From Candidatus Oxydemutatoraceae bacterium (GTDB taxonomy: Bacteria; Pseudomonadota; Gammaproteobacteria; Poriferisulfidales; Oxydemutatoraceae): a DNA stretch of 64,000 bases. The translations under genes were made by a program, and so were the position numbers. The stretch's first letter is position 1, and each line of letters opens with the position of its first letter. Positions 9,096 to 20,383 of the stretch are shown here, piece by piece. The stretch is from contig OZ244717.1 in NCBI GenBank assembly GCA_965218975.1, positions 1,280,001 through 1,344,000 of the forward strand. The letters run 5' to 3'. The notes below the pieces were generated by a model. It saw only the letters and a program-made list of their open reading frames with translations. It was not told the DNA's origin and did not search any database.

Positions 9096-9366
9096 GCCGA
9101 CGATCAGTGCGATGTACTGAGCTACGAGACCACGGTCACCGCCAAAGTCACCGACACACATCCGGCTTCAATGTCGTTGATCCGGAATCCCGCTGGTACA
9201 GCATCTATGCGTTGGACGCTCTCGGCCAGATGATACACATCGCTCGTGACCAGATTGGAAGCGGTTTCAATATGATAAATTAACAATATGGGACGCTGCA
9301 TGACACCGGTATATATTGTCGTTTAGAGAAAACGGCGAATTGTAGAGTTACAAGGTCAAAGCGACT

Positions 9367-10299
9367 ATGGAATTGAAGCCTTCTATAACCTCACCTGCTA
9401 GTGAACCATCCGAATGTTTCCGGAATACCGACGGTGGGTGGGCATTGCCGCTAGAAATCGGAACGCAGCGAATATGTCGGTGCAAAGTCAACCATATCAA
9501 TTGTTTGAGCGCCAAGGAGTGGCTGAAGAATCAGTTGGGAGTATGGAGGTTCAACTACGAGGACAGGGACATCCGCGACAAGGCAGTTCATCCGGCCACG
9601 TACCCTATCGCTCTTGCACGGCGCGTCATAGAGCAATTTACCCATGAAGGCGAATTAGTGCTTGATCCGTTCGTGGGCAGCGGAACGTCGTTGCTGGCTG
9701 CGCAGGATACGAACCGGAATGCCGTCGGATTTAATTTGTCGTCAGCCTATGTGGACCTGTGCCGTAAAAGGACTGCGCAACAAAGCTTAGTTCAACATGC
9801 TCAGCAAGTTGCAGTGCAAGATGATGCTCGGAACATACCGAAATATCTGGCCGAGGAAACTGTCAGCCTCATCGTCACATCCCCGCCGTATGCTAATCTT
9901 CTGAATCGCAAGCGACAAAATAAATCCAGGCGCGACCGACGCAATGACCAGCTTGACAAGGTTGAGCAGTATTCGCAAGACCCGCGAGACTTAGGAACGA
10001 TGAACCTCGATTTGTATACGGAGAATATGGAAGCGATCTTTGCATCCCTGTTGCCGTTGCTTCGTCCGAAAGCGCATTGCGTTATTAATGTTCCTGATAT
10101 GTGGTGGGAGAATGAACGGATTACAATCCATGTTGCATTGATTGAAGAATTGCGCCGCTGCGGCTACGAACTTCGCAATATCATCATTTGGGATCGCACA
10201 AACATTGTAAATCGGATTGGAATCTTCGGTTGGCCGAGCAACTACATCACGATGGGCACCACATTCGAATATCTGTTGGATTTCTGGCGGCCGGAATGA
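9367..10299 (+). CDS. DNA amino-methyltransferase (N4-C/N6-A)
   Basis: HPATYP, VLDPFVGSGT (motif I), IVTSPPY (motif IV). Confidence 0.85.
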   Translation: MELKPSITSPASEPSECFRNTDGGWALPLEIGTQRICRCKVNHINCLSAKEWLKNQLGVWRFNYEDRDIRDKAVHPATYPIALARRVIEQFTHEGELVLDPFVGSGTSLLAAQDTNRNAVGFNLSSAYVDLCRKRTAQQSLVQHAQQVAVQDDARNIPKYLAEETVSLIVTSPPYANLLNRKRQNKSRRDRRNDQLDKVEQYSQDPRDLGTMNLDLYTENMEAIFASLLPLLRPKAHCVINVPDMWWENERITIHVALIEELRRCGYELRNIIIWDRTNIVNRIGIFGWPSNYITMGTTFEYLLDFWRPE

Positions 10300-10396
10300 A
10301 TTATTTCACCAAAGCGCTCAGAAAGTTACGAAAGGCAGTAGCAAGCAATCCACAGGTGAGTTCAGAAGCGTAATAATTTCATAGGAATTACTATAA

Positions 10397-11662
10397 ATGT
10401 TCAGATTTATACATGCTGCAGACATCCACCTCGATAGTTCACTACACGGCTTGGAGCGATATGAAGGAGCTCCAGTAGATGAGATCCGAAGCGCCACCCG
10501 CCGAGCTTTTGATAATTTAATCAAACTTGCAATTGATGAAGAAGTGGCATTTGTGCTGCTGGCCGGGGACTTGTACGACGGCGACTGGAAGGATTACAAC
10601 ACGGGGCTCTATTTTGTAGAACGTATGAGTAGGTTGCGAGAAGAAGATATCCGCGTTTTCATTGTGGCAGGAAACCATGATGCTGCCAGCCAAATCACCA
10701 AACACCTTCAATTACCTGAAAACGTAACTCTATTTTCAACCAAGAATCCGGAAAGGATTGACCTAGATGACCTAAATGTAGCTGTATATGGGCAGGGCTT
10801 CGCAAAACGGGCAGTAATGGACGATCTTTCACAGGCATATCCACAAGGGAACTCACAACTCTTTAATATTGGCCTGCTGCACACTTGCCTAGAGGGTAAG
10901 GTAGGCCATGAGCCCTATGCGCCTTGCACTGTAGAAGGGCTACGATCCAAAGGATACCAGTACTGGGCTCTGGGTCATGTCCATAAACGGGAGGAGGTAA
11001 GTCAGGATCCATGGATTGTATTTCCTGGGAATATCCAGGGACGACACATCCGTGAGGCAGGTCCAAAGGGCTGTACCTTGGTTACAGTTGAAAACGGAGA
11101 GATTGTGGAGCTGAAACACTGTGAACTGGATGTGATGCGCTGGACTCTGTGTGAACTTGATGTTTCTGTTAGTGAGACAGTGGATGATGTCTATGAGCAA
11201 GTTCGTAAAGGACTGCAGACTGAATTAGATGCTGCCGAAGGGAGGCCAATTGCTGTTCGCTTAGTCTTACAAGGAGAATGTTCTGCCCATTCAGCATTAC
11301 AAGCGGGTCGGGACCGCTGGGTACAGGAGTATCGTGCCCTGGCAACTGGACTCGGTGGAGCAGGTGTCTGGCTTGAGAAGGTTATCATCAAGGTAACACC
11401 GTCTGTTTCCACTGATGTGATTCTTGCGCGCAATGATGCGTTGGGGGGCCTAATGCGTACTATCCGAGATATGAAGCTGGATGCCACGGCTTTAGAGGGT
11501 CTCGCCGATGAGATATCCGCACTTCGACAGAAACTTCCTGCTGAACTGTTGGGAGGCGATGACCCCTTTGATCCTACCAAACCGGAATTACTTAAAGATG
11601 CCCTAGAGGATATCAAAGAGCTTCTCGTTAACCGCCTGTTGTCCACGGAGAAAGGGCCATGA
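10397..11662 (+). CDS. YhaO / SbcD-Mre11-like metallophosphoesterase (DNA repair exonuclease)
   Basis: HAADIHLDS, AGDLYD, GNHD, LLHT, ALGHVH, PGNIQGR. Confidence 0.9.
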   Translation: MFRFIHAADIHLDSSLHGLERYEGAPVDEIRSATRRAFDNLIKLAIDEEVAFVLLAGDLYDGDWKDYNTGLYFVERMSRLREEDIRVFIVAGNHDAASQITKHLQLPENVTLFSTKNPERIDLDDLNVAVYGQGFAKRAVMDDLSQAYPQGNSQLFNIGLLHTCLEGKVGHEPYAPCTVEGLRSKGYQYWALGHVHKREEVSQDPWIVFPGNIQGRHIREAGPKGCTLVTVENGEIVELKHCELDVMRWTLCELDVSVSETVDDVYEQVRKGLQTELDAAEGRPIAVRLVLQGECSAHSALQAGRDRWVQEYRALATGLGGAGVWLEKVIIKVTPSVSTDVILARNDALGGLMRTIRDMKLDATALEGLADEISALRQKLPAELLGGDDPFDPTKPELLKDALEDIKELLVNRLLSTEKGP

Positions 11663-14600
11663 TGATTCATGAGTTGTGTCTTGCCGCATTCGGGCCCTTT
11701 ACCGATAAAGTATTGGTTTTTGATGGGGCAAGGCTCCATATTGTCTACGGACCTAATGAGGCAGGGAAGAGTGCTGCTCTTCGGGGTTTGAAAGCCCTGT
11801 TGTATGGCATAGAAGAACGTACTCTCGACAACTTCCTTCACGTCAACGACAAGCTCCGTATACATGGTTATTTACGGAAAGCTAATGGACATGAGCTTAA
11901 GTTGGTTCGGCGTAAAGGCCGAAAAAATACGTTATTAACTCTTGATGGTGAAGTACTTAGTGGTGAGGTGCTGGTACCCTTTCTTCATGGCGTTACTTCG
12001 GAGCTCTTCGAGACGCTTTTTGGGATTGATCACAGGGCATTGGTACAAGGGGGGCAAGAAATTCTTGAGCAGAAGGGAGAAGTCGGACAGGCACTTTTTT
12101 CGGCAGCGCTTGGCAGCCAAGCACACACTGTACTTGCACAACTGAATGAAGAGGCTGATGCTCTTTTTCGACCAAGGGGCTCAACACAGAAGATCAATTC
12201 AGCGTTAAAGTCGTATGCAGAATTTCGCAAGAAGATCAGGGAGCAATCCCTCTCATCCGGAAAATGGGATGAGCAACGCCATGTTTTGGAGCAAACGATG
12301 AAGGAACTGGAGAAAATTCAATCTCAACTAGCGGACAACAGGATTAAGGTAAACCATTTAAAGCGTATCCGGCGAGTTTTACCGAAACTTGCCAAGCGTC
12401 GTGAACTTCTTCAGAAATTGGAATTGTTAAAAGATGTCGTCCTCCTTCCGGATGATTTTTCAGGCCGTCGGCAAAGGGCAATGAATAAGTTGGAAACAGC
12501 TCAGGTCATAGTTGGGAAGGCAAGCCCTCGTCTCGAAGAATTGCAGGAACGGCTAGGAGGGTTATCAACAAACCAAGAATTGTTAGATCAGGCAGAAAAC
12601 ATTGAAGATCTACATGCGCGCCTTGGAGGTCATCGAAAAGCACAGCAAGACCGACCATATCTTGAATCAGAAGTCAAACAACTACTGACAGATACTGAAT
12701 CCATACTCAAAGAGATTCGTCCTGATCTCGAACTAAAGGATATCGAGGAATTACGTCCAGTATTAACTAGACGGCAGGCTATAACCAAGTTGGCCAGTAA
12801 GAATACCAGACTGAATGCTAGTATAGAACAGTTAGAGTCCAGTTTGCGTGAAACAGAAACGCGGTTGAGGAAAGCCCGCAAAGAGCGTGATGAGGTCCCC
12901 GCGTCAGGCTCTACAGACACATTGCATCGAACGATTGCAGCAGCTAGGAAACAGGGAGAATTAGATGCCTTGGTTAAATCCACTCAAGGTCAGCTTACAA
13001 GCCTGCAGACAGATTACACTGCTAGTCTCTCGCGACTCACGCTTTGGGATGGTGAATTGGAAGATTTAGCTGGTTTGAAGATGCCCAACCGAGAAAGCAT
13101 TAATCAATTTGAAAAGGTATCAGACAAAATTGAAAACAATTTTCAGCGGTTTGAAGAGAAGAGAAAAGAGACGATTAATTCCCTACAAAATATCTCGCAG
13201 AGACTTGATGAGATTGAGCGTATAGGGAAAGTACCTACGGAGGCAGCCCTCACTAATGCCAGATCCGAACGTGATCAGGTGTGGCAGTTGCTACGTCGGC
13301 AGTGGGTGGAAGGTGAAGACGTGTCAGCCGAGGCAAGTTATCACCAAGGTGAAGGAACATTGCCGGATGTATTCGAAAACCGGCTTGAAAATGCCGATGA
13401 AATGTCTGATCGTTTGCGCCGTGAAGCGGACCGGGTCCATGAATTGGCAAACCTTCAGTCCAAGCAGGAAGGTGGGCTAAGGCAAGTAGAGAAGATAGAC
13501 AAGCAGCTTGAGGCAACTACCGCCGAAAAGGACCAGCTTGTTACTGACTGGCAGCAATTGTGGACGCCTTGTCAGATTGTTCCGCGCAGTCCGCGTGAGA
13601 TGCGCGCTTGGCTGGATAATTTCGAAAAACTTCGTGAGCGGGTGGAACAGTTGAATTTGCTTCGCCAGAAAGTGAAAGAGCTTCAGCAAAATCGTAAGAT
13701 GCGTATCCAGCTGCTTAATGAGCAGTTAGCAGGGCTGGGAAGGGCGGGCTCGACGTCGGGGGAGCTTGAAACCGTACTCTTGGAATGCGAAACGTTTGCT
13801 AAACAGCTTGATGGTGCCAAACAGAAACGCGATTCGTTGGATAAGGAGGCCAAAGACCGGGAAATAACTGTTGAATCGTTGAGAGAAGAACATCGACTGG
13901 CAACCGAAAAGCTTGAAGCATGGAAGACGCAGTGGGGTGAGTTGATGCAGGGTCTTGGTCTGCAAAGCGAGACTTTACCATCAGAAGTTGACGATTTCAT
14001 TGATAAGGTCAAGGAATTATTCTCAAAACAGCACGAAGTAGAAAAACTGCGAATACGCATCAATGCTATCGACACAGATTCAACGTCTTTCTGCAGTCAG
14101 GTGAAGGTCATGGTTGCTACGATTGCCTTGGAACTTCTTAGTGATTTGTCTGCAGATGATGCCGTCATGCGTCTCAATTCGCTGTTATCGGAAAACCGAT
14201 CAAAACAAACAAAGCGACAACAGATTGAAGAGCAAGTTGAACAAGTGAAGCAGGAAATACAGGAGTCGAAAGGATCTATCCGTACTATGACGGATCTGCT
14301 GGATGCATTATGTGTAGAGGCGAAATGTGGTAACCACAATCAGCTAGAAGAGGCCGAACGCAGGTCGTCAGATCGTCTTAGAATCAAAGAGTCAATCAAT
14401 ACGGTTGAACAAGGGGTTCTGGAGACAGGCGAAGGTATAACCATTGCAGAGTTGGAGGCCGAAGTTGAAGGGATAAAACCGGATATGCTGCCCGGGCAAA
14501 TCAAAGAGTTGAATAATAAGATTGATAATGAACTCGAGCCAAAACGGACTGAACTGGCGGAGAAAAAGGGACGTGAAGAAAGGGAACTTGAGCGCATGGA

Positions 14601-15147
14601 TGGCAGTGATGACGTGGCGGAGCTTGCTGACCAAGCCCACGCTATCCTTGCCAATATTCGTTCAGAGGCTGAACGCTATATTCGAGTAAAACTCGCCAGA
14701 AAGATATTGTATGACCAGATTGAGCTTTATCGAAAAGAAAACCAAGGGCCGCTGGTCAAGCGTGCCAGTGAGCACTTTTCCAGACTGACGCTTGGGTCAT
14801 TTTATAGGCTCATTGCTGATATTAATGATAAGGATGAGCCTGTTCTTGCTGGGATCCGGTCAACTGGGAAGCAAGTATATGTGGAAGGAATGAGCACCGG
14901 AACTCGAGACCAGCTATATCTTGCATTGCGTTTGGCCTCACTAGAAAAATATATGGAAAGGTCCGAGTCGATGCCTTTCATTGTTGACGATATACTTGTG
15001 GACTTTGATGATGATCGTTCACAAGCAGCATTGAATTCCTTGGCGGAATTAGCTGAAAAGACACAAGTTATCCTATTTACTCATCACGTGCAGGTTGTTG
15101 AGCAGTCAAAGCAACTGAATGCGCCGGTACAGGTGCATGAGTTGTAG
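11659..15147 (+). CDS. YhaN / AAA_27 SMC-like coiled-coil ATPase
   Basis: Walker A GPNEAGKS, long coiled coil, MSTGTRDQLYLALRLA signature, PFIVDDILVDFDD, FTHH; ATGA-coupled to the nuclease. Confidence 0.9.
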   Translation: MMIHELCLAAFGPFTDKVLVFDGARLHIVYGPNEAGKSAALRGLKALLYGIEERTLDNFLHVNDKLRIHGYLRKANGHELKLVRRKGRKNTLLTLDGEVLSGEVLVPFLHGVTSELFETLFGIDHRALVQGGQEILEQKGEVGQALFSAALGSQAHTVLAQLNEEADALFRPRGSTQKINSALKSYAEFRKKIREQSLSSGKWDEQRHVLEQTMKELEKIQSQLADNRIKVNHLKRIRRVLPKLAKRRELLQKLELLKDVVLLPDDFSGRRQRAMNKLETAQVIVGKASPRLEELQERLGGLSTNQELLDQAENIEDLHARLGGHRKAQQDRPYLESEVKQLLTDTESILKEIRPDLELKDIEELRPVLTRRQAITKLASKNTRLNASIEQLESSLRETETRLRKARKERDEVPASGSTDTLHRTIAAARKQGELDALVKSTQGQLTSLQTDYTASLSRLTLWDGELEDLAGLKMPNRESINQFEKVSDKIENNFQRFEEKRKETINSLQNISQRLDEIERIGKVPTEAALTNARSERDQVWQLLRRQWVEGEDVSAEASYHQGEGTLPDVFENRLENADEMSDRLRREADRVHELANLQSKQEGGLRQVEKIDKQLEATTAEKDQLVTDWQQLWTPCQIVPRSPREMRAWLDNFEKLRERVEQLNLLRQKVKELQQNRKMRIQLLNEQLAGLGRAGSTSGELETVLLECETFAKQLDGAKQKRDSLDKEAKDREITVESLREEHRLATEKLEAWKTQWGELMQGLGLQSETLPSEVDDFIDKVKELFSKQHEVEKLRIRINAIDTDSTSFCSQVKVMVATIALELLSDLSADDAVMRLNSLLSENRSKQTKRQQIEEQVEQVKQEIQESKGSIRTMTDLLDALCVEAKCGNHNQLEEAERRSSDRLRIKESINTVEQGVLETGEGITIAELEAEVEGIKPDMLPGQIKELNNKIDNELEPKRTELAEKKGREERELERMDGSDDVAELADQAHAILANIRSEAERYIRVKLARKILYDQIELYRKENQGPLVKRASEHFSRLTLGSFYRLIADINDKDEPVLAGIRSTGKQVYVEGMSTGTRDQLYLALRLASLEKYMERSESMPFIVDDILVDFDDDRSQAALNSLAELAEKTQVILFTHHVQVVEQSKQLNAPVQVHEL

Positions 15148-15273
15148 TCAAGCGGAATGAGGGATCTGAATGACAAACTATAAAGTGCATAAATGGATGT
15201 ACCAAAAAGCTTTTGATTAGGAACATGTGGTTGGAAGGACTCCAATGCTGGCGTTCCATTGTCTTCGCGAGGT

Positions 15274-15674
15274 TGTACAATGCATAAGCTCAGAAACATT
15301 TGGCATTCCTGCCGACAGGAGGTGTGGCCTTGCAAATCCGACATATAGGCTATCGAATCCGGGGTTTTACCGGATCGCTAAAATCGGGCATAGTTGGGAT
15401 ACTATGGCTTACGATGCAAAACAACGACTCAAAATTCTCACCTTTTGGCAAAATCACGGCACAGCGGCTGGACGAGACTTTGGTTCTGTCAACAAGCCCC
15501 AGCCCCGACGTCCTTGTCGGGTCGTTCGCCGCTGAAAACCGATCGGTTTTCCGGGCGCGTCTCACCCTGCACCGCCTTCATGCCGGCAACGGACAGAAAG
15601 CACCGATCCGAATGTTACTGCCGAACGCTTCCCTCGAAGCCCTTCAAAAATCCCATTTAGAGTGGCATCGTACA
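15274..15674 (+). mobile_element. Internally deleted 401-bp IS481-like mini-element carrying one 98-bp structured repeat
   Basis: Terminal IRs TGTACAATGC / GCATCGTACA; transposase stub QIRHIGYRI.GF...AKQRLKILTFWQNHG; repeat at 15471-15567. Confidence 0.7.
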
Positions 15675-15679
15675 AGTTC

Positions 15680-15708
15680 TTGCATTACTTAAAAAAATAC
15701 TATACGAT
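15680..15708 (+). promoter_or_regulatory. Putative sigma70 promoter of the rimP operon
   Basis: TTGCAT-N17-TACGAT. Confidence 0.55.
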
Positions 15709-15734
15709 GAAACATTAACAGACTGGTGGATAAT

Positions 15735-15767
15735 AACAAAAGCCCCTGCATTCTCAGGGGCTTTGTT
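15735..15767 (+). promoter_or_regulatory. rimP leader hairpin (attenuator/terminator-like)
   Basis: AACAAAAGCCCCTG-cattct-CAGGGGCTTTGTT; a similar hairpin is known upstream of gammaproteobacterial rimP. Confidence 0.6.
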
Positions 15768-15804
15768 GTTTGGAAACGAGTATTTTCACTAATGAAGGTG
15801 GTTT

Positions 15805-16272
15805 ATGGCTTACCGCAATATTGCATCAGTCGTGAAACCGGTTGTTGAAGCAATGGGTTATGACTGCTGGGGCATACAATTTAGCACGTATAAAAGGCGT
15901 GCTTTATTACGTGTGTTTATTGACCATGCAGACGGTATTTCCCTGGATGATTGTTCGTCGGTGAGCGGACAGCTTAGCGGCGTGCTTGATGTGGAGAATG
16001 TAATCAACTGCCCGTACACTTTGGAAGTTTCTTCTCCGGGGTTGGAAAGACCATTATTGGAGTGTGGTCAGTACCGCCGCTATATCGGTGCGAAAATTAA
16101 AGTGCATTGCCATACTGCGATTGATAATAGGAAAAAAATAGCGGGAGTGCTGAAAGCGGTTTCCGATGAAATGATTAAGCTGAAAGTTGATGCCGGTTGC
16201 ATTGAAGTTCCTTTTACGGAAATAAGCCGAGCGAATCTTATTTATGACGAATATCGGAGAGGCAGGACATGA
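15805..16272 (+). CDS. rimP: Ribosome maturation factor RimP
   Basis: LRVFIDH..GISLDDC..VS, YTLEVSSPGLERPL; operon position. Confidence 0.95.
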   Translation: MAYRNIASVVKPVVEAMGYDCWGIQFSTYKRRALLRVFIDHADGISLDDCSSVSGQLSGVLDVENVINCPYTLEVSSPGLERPLLECGQYRRYIGAKIKVHCHTAIDNRKKIAGVLKAVSDEMIKLKVDAGCIEVPFTEISRANLIYDEYRRGRT

Positions 16273-17789
16273 ATAGGGAATTATTAATGGCGATTGATTC
16301 GACCTGTAATGAAAAAGGACTGGATAAAGATGATGTTTTCAGTGCGCTTGAATCCGCATTGGCTGTTGCCGTTCGTCGTAAAAGAGGTCATCATATGGAT
16401 ATCCGCGTTGCGATGGACCGAGAATCCGGGAAATGTGAAATTTTTCGTCGGTGGCAAGTAATTGACGATGAAGATCCGGCTTTTGAATCACCGGAGTACC
16501 ATATTCTTCTTAAACAAGCACGGGAGCAGGATGCGGGTATTCAATGTGGCGATTATATTGAGGAACAACAGGAAGACGCCGATTTTGGACGCATTTCCAT
16601 ACACACCACGAAGCAAGTCATTTTTCATAAAATGCGTGAAGCGGAAAGGGCGCAAGTCGTTAAACGATATCGCGATCGTGTCGGCGGTTTGGAAATGTGT
16701 GTTGTAAAACGCGAAGATTATAATGGCGTGTATGTTGATTTAGGAGATAACGCAGAGGGCTTTATTCCGCGCGAACATACAATTTTGCGCGAAAACTTCC
16801 GACCGGGCGATAGGATGCGTGCTTATCTGTTAAAAGTTGATGAAGAAGAACGTGGCTCTCAGTTGATTTTATCGCGCACTGTGCCTGAGTTTCTGCTGGA
16901 GCTATTTCGTTTGGAAGTGCCTGAAGTGGGTCAAGAGTTGATCAACCTGATGGGTGCGGTGCGTGACCCGGGGCTGCGCGCTAAAATTTCAGTACGTTCG
17001 AATGATCTACGGCTCGACCCGGTCGGAGCTTGTGTCGGGATGCGCGGTTCGCGAGTGCAGGCAGTGTCCAACGAACTTGCGGGCGAACGTATTGACATTA
17101 TTTTATGGGATGAAAATCCGGCGCAATATGTTATCAATGCGATGTCCCCGGCGGCGGTTGTGTCTATTGTCGTTGATGAAGATAAAAAAAGCATGGAAGT
17201 TGCGGTTGAAGAAGAAAAATTATCTCAGGCAATCGGGCGTGGCGGACAGAATATTCGTCTTGCCAGCAAACTGGTTGGTTGGAAGTTGGATGTGATGAGC
17301 GAGCATCAAGCCGAAGAGAAAAATGAAGAAGAAACAAAACGGTTGCAACAATTATTCAGAGATAAGTTGGATGTTGACGAGGAAGTTGCGGCAATTTTAG
17401 TGCAAGAAGGTTTTTCCAGCATTGATGAGATTGTTTATTTACCCCAAGAGGATTTGCTTAAGATTGAGGAGTTTGATCAGACAATGGTGGATGAAATGCG
17501 CACGCGTGCAAGCGATGCCTTATTGTCAATGGCGATTTCCGGGGAGATTGATGATACGGAAAAAGAGTGCAAGGATGACTTGGCAAGTTTGGATGATATT
17601 GACAAACATACGATTGAGCTGCTTGCGGAGAAAGGGATTACTACCATGCAAGACCTTGCCGACCAAGCGGTGGATGACTTGCTTGAAGTTGAAGGAATGA
17701 ATCAAGAACGTGCCGCCGCATTAATTATGGCGGCGCGCGCACCTTTATTCGAAAAAGAAATGCGTAAAGAAGAGGAGGCGGCAGAATAA
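16269..17789 (+). CDS. nusA: Transcription termination/antitermination factor NusA
   Basis: S1/KH domains, DPVGACVGMRGSRVQAV, AIGRGGQNIRLA, acidic C-terminal repeats. Confidence 0.97.
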   Translation: MNRELLMAIDSTCNEKGLDKDDVFSALESALAVAVRRKRGHHMDIRVAMDRESGKCEIFRRWQVIDDEDPAFESPEYHILLKQAREQDAGIQCGDYIEEQQEDADFGRISIHTTKQVIFHKMREAERAQVVKRYRDRVGGLEMCVVKREDYNGVYVDLGDNAEGFIPREHTILRENFRPGDRMRAYLLKVDEEERGSQLILSRTVPEFLLELFRLEVPEVGQELINLMGAVRDPGLRAKISVRSNDLRLDPVGACVGMRGSRVQAVSNELAGERIDIILWDENPAQYVINAMSPAAVVSIVVDEDKKSMEVAVEEEKLSQAIGRGGQNIRLASKLVGWKLDVMSEHQAEEKNEEETKRLQQLFRDKLDVDEEVAAILVQEGFSSIDEIVYLPQEDLLKIEEFDQTMVDEMRTRASDALLSMAISGEIDDTEKECKDDLASLDDIDKHTIELLAEKGITTMQDLADQAVDDLLEVEGMNQERAAALIMAARAPLFEKEMRKEEEAAE

Positions 17790-17791
17790 AT

Positions 17792-20383
17792 ATGCCTCAA
17801 GTTACGGTCAAAAGTCTCGCCAAGGCAATCAAAACGACACCTGAGCAATTGCTTGAGAGATTTTCAGAAGTCGGCTTGACGAAAAAATCTCCGGACGATT
17901 CCGTTAGTGCGGAAGAAAAAATGCAGTTGATTGAATACTTACGCAAAGATGGTAGCGCCAATCGTGTGCAATTAAAAAGAAAGACAGTCTCCAAGTTAAA
18001 ATCCTCTAGTAAATCGGTTCATTCCGGTATTACAGTCGAAGTGCGTAAAAAGCACACCTATATCCGTAAGAAGCCTGATCAAAAAGAGGAGATAACCGCC
18101 GCAAAGGATATGGATGCGGTGCAGAAGCCGGTCAAGGCAAAAGCGGATATGCCTGACGGCAATGTCAAATCGGGCAAGAGCAAACCAAAGCCGGACAAAG
18201 ACAGTGTTCAAGCCGCTAAAAAAGTTGCCAAGACCAAGATAAAATCCGCCTCGAAATCTGAAACGAAAACGCAGACAAAAACTGCAACAGAATTCAAGAG
18301 TAAGCCGCCGTCTGAAAATAAATCCTCGATTGGTTCCGATGTTTCGCTAAGATCGGAAGTAAAAAGTTCCCGGGTTCCCTCAAGTAAAAATTCCGTTCAA
18401 GCAAAAAGTGCTACGCAGGAAACGCAGATGTCTGAGCGCTTGATGCCCGATAACAGATCAGCCGGTCTGAAATATAAACCGACATTTCAAAAAAAGAAAA
18501 GCGAGCGCAAGGAGCTGCATGTAAAGAGTGAGAAACGTGGCAAACGCAAATTTACCAGTAAAAAGACTCTGCTGAAGAAAGTTGTCAAGGTTCCTAAACA
18601 TGAGTTTGAGAAACCGACCGAACCGGTCAAGCGTGAAGTTGTTGTTTTTGACCGCATGACAGTGAAAGATTTGGCACAAGGCATGGCAATCAAGAGCGCT
18701 GAGTTGGTTAAGCAAATGATGACGATGGGAGGAATGAACGCTACGTTAAACCAAACATTTGATCAAGACACTGCGACATTGATTGTCGAGGCATTAGGGC
18801 ATACTCCGCGAATCACTAAACAAGCTAAATTGGAAGAGGACTTTTTGCCGGAAGTTAAAGATGGGATTGATATTCAACCCAGAGCGCCGGTTGTCACGAT
18901 TATGGGGCATGTCGATCACGGTAAAACTTCTTTGCTGGATTACATCCGCAAGTCGCGGGTCGCCGCAGGCGAAGCAGGCAATATTACTCAGCATATCGGC
19001 GCCTATCGAGTCACGACAGATGCGGGTGCCATCACTTTTTTTGATACGCCCGGCCATTCCGCATTTACCGCAATGCGCGCGCGCGGCGCTAAAGTAACTG
19101 ATATCGTTGTGCTGGTTGTTGCCGCCGACGACAGCGTAAAACCTCAAACTGAAGAAGCAATTAAGCATGCGCACTCTGGCGAAGTGCCGGTTATTGTCGC
19201 CATTAATAAAATTGACAAGCCGAATATTGATATTGAAAAAGTAAAGGGAGACCTTGCTCAGCTTGAGGTAGTGCCTGAAGAATGGGGTGGCGACAATATT
19301 TTTGTTGAAGTTTCGGCAAAAACCGGTCAAGGAATTGAGAATTTGCTGGAAGCGATTTTGCTGCAAGCCGAAGTGATGGACCTGAAAGCGGCGGTTGACG
19401 GAATGACAAAAGCAGTGGTGATTGAGTCAGCGCTTGACTATGGGCGCGGTGCAATGATGACCGCGTTAGTGCGCCAGGGCGTTTTGAAAAAAGGCGATAT
19501 ACTGTTGGTCGGAAGTGAATATGGCCGAGTGCGGAGTATGTTGGATGAAAGCGGTAAGGAGATGTTTCAAGCGAGACCGTCTTTTCCTGCATTGATATTT
19601 GGCTTGCCTAACGTTCCTGAAGTGGGTGAAGAAATACTTGCGATCGGAGACGAGCGTAAAGCGAAGAAAATTGCCGACTTGAGGAGATGGAAGACACGAG
19701 AGTCATCCTTTTTAAGGCAGTCGCTTTCGCCGGAGAGTTTTTTAGATAAGTTGCCTAAAGATGAATCGATATCCTTAAAAATCTTAATGAAAGGAGATGT
19801 ACAAGGAAGCGTTGAAGCGCTCAGGAATTCAATTGAAGGATTGTCCGCGGAGAGTATCAGTGTTGAAATTATTACATCGGGAATTGGCGGGGTCACTGAG
19901 TCAGATGTGAGTCTGGCATTAGCATCCGGTGCCATGATTGTTGGGTTTAATGTGCGTGCCGATGCGCGTGCGCGTAAGCTACTGCAAGCAAATAGTCATG
20001 TTATTCTTCGTTATTACAGTATCATTTATGAAGCGATTGACGATATTAAGCAAATAATGTCCGGTATGCTGCAGCCTGAGATTCGCGAGCAAATTATCGG
20101 CATTGCCGCAGTAAAAGATATATTTCGCTCCTCTAAGTTTGGCTTAGTGGCGGGTAGTCAAGTGATAGAGGGATTGATCAAGCGAGGAAATCCGATTCGT
20201 GTATTGCGTGATAATGTTGTTGTTTACGAAGGTGAGCTTGAGTCTCTGCGACGCTTTAAGGATGAGGCGAGTGAAGTATCCAGCGGTAAGGAGTGTGGAA
20301 TTGCAGTAAAAAATTATAATGACGTAAAAGTTGGTGACAGTATTGAAGTGTACGAAAAAATTGAAATTGAACGGAGTCTATGA
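17792..20383 (+). CDS. infB: Translation initiation factor IF-2
   Basis: [36 protein letters not shown]. Confidence 0.97.
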   Translation: MPQVTVKSLAKAIKTTPEQLLERFSEVGLTKKSPDDSVSAEEKMQLIEYLRKDGSANRVQLKRKTVSKLKSSSKSVHSGITVEVRKKHTYIRKKPDQKEEITAAKDMDAVQKPVKAKADMPDGNVKSGKSKPKPDKDSVQAAKKVAKTKIKSASKSETKTQTKTATEFKSKPPSENKSSIGSDVSLRSEVKSSRVPSSKNSVQAKSATQETQMSERLMPDNRSAGLKYKPTFQKKKSERKELHVKSEKRGKRKFTSKKTLLKKVVKVPKHEFEKPTEPVKREVVVFDRMTVKDLAQGMAIKSAELVKQMMTMGGMNATLNQTFDQDTATLIVEALGHTPRITKQAKLEEDFLPEVKDGIDIQPRAPVVTIMGHVDHGKTSLLDYIRKSRVAAGEAGNITQHIGAYRVTTDAGAITFFDTPGHSAFTAMRARGAKVTDIVVLVVAADDSVKPQTEEAIKHAHSGEVPVIVAINKIDKPNIDIEKVKGDLAQLEVVPEEWGGDNIFVEVSAKTGQGIENLLEAILLQAEVMDLKAAVDGMTKAVVIESALDYGRGAMMTALVRQGVLKKGDILLVGSEYGRVRSMLDESGKEMFQARPSFPALIFGLPNVPEVGEEILAIGDERKAKKIADLRRWKTRESSFLRQSLSPESFLDKLPKDESISLKILMKGDVQGSVEALRNSIEGLSAESISVEIITSGIGGVTESDVSLALASGAMIVGFNVRADARARKLLQANSHVILRYYSIIYEAIDDIKQIMSGMLQPEIREQIIGIAAVKDIFRSSKFGLVAGSQVIEGLIKRGNPIRVLRDNVVVYEGELESLRRFKDEASEVSSGKECGIAVKNYNDVKVGDSIEVYEKIEIERSL

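Noticed and set aside
18050-18600. Lys/Ser-rich low-complexity stretch in IF-2
   Set aside because: This is the normal variable N-terminal region of IF-2
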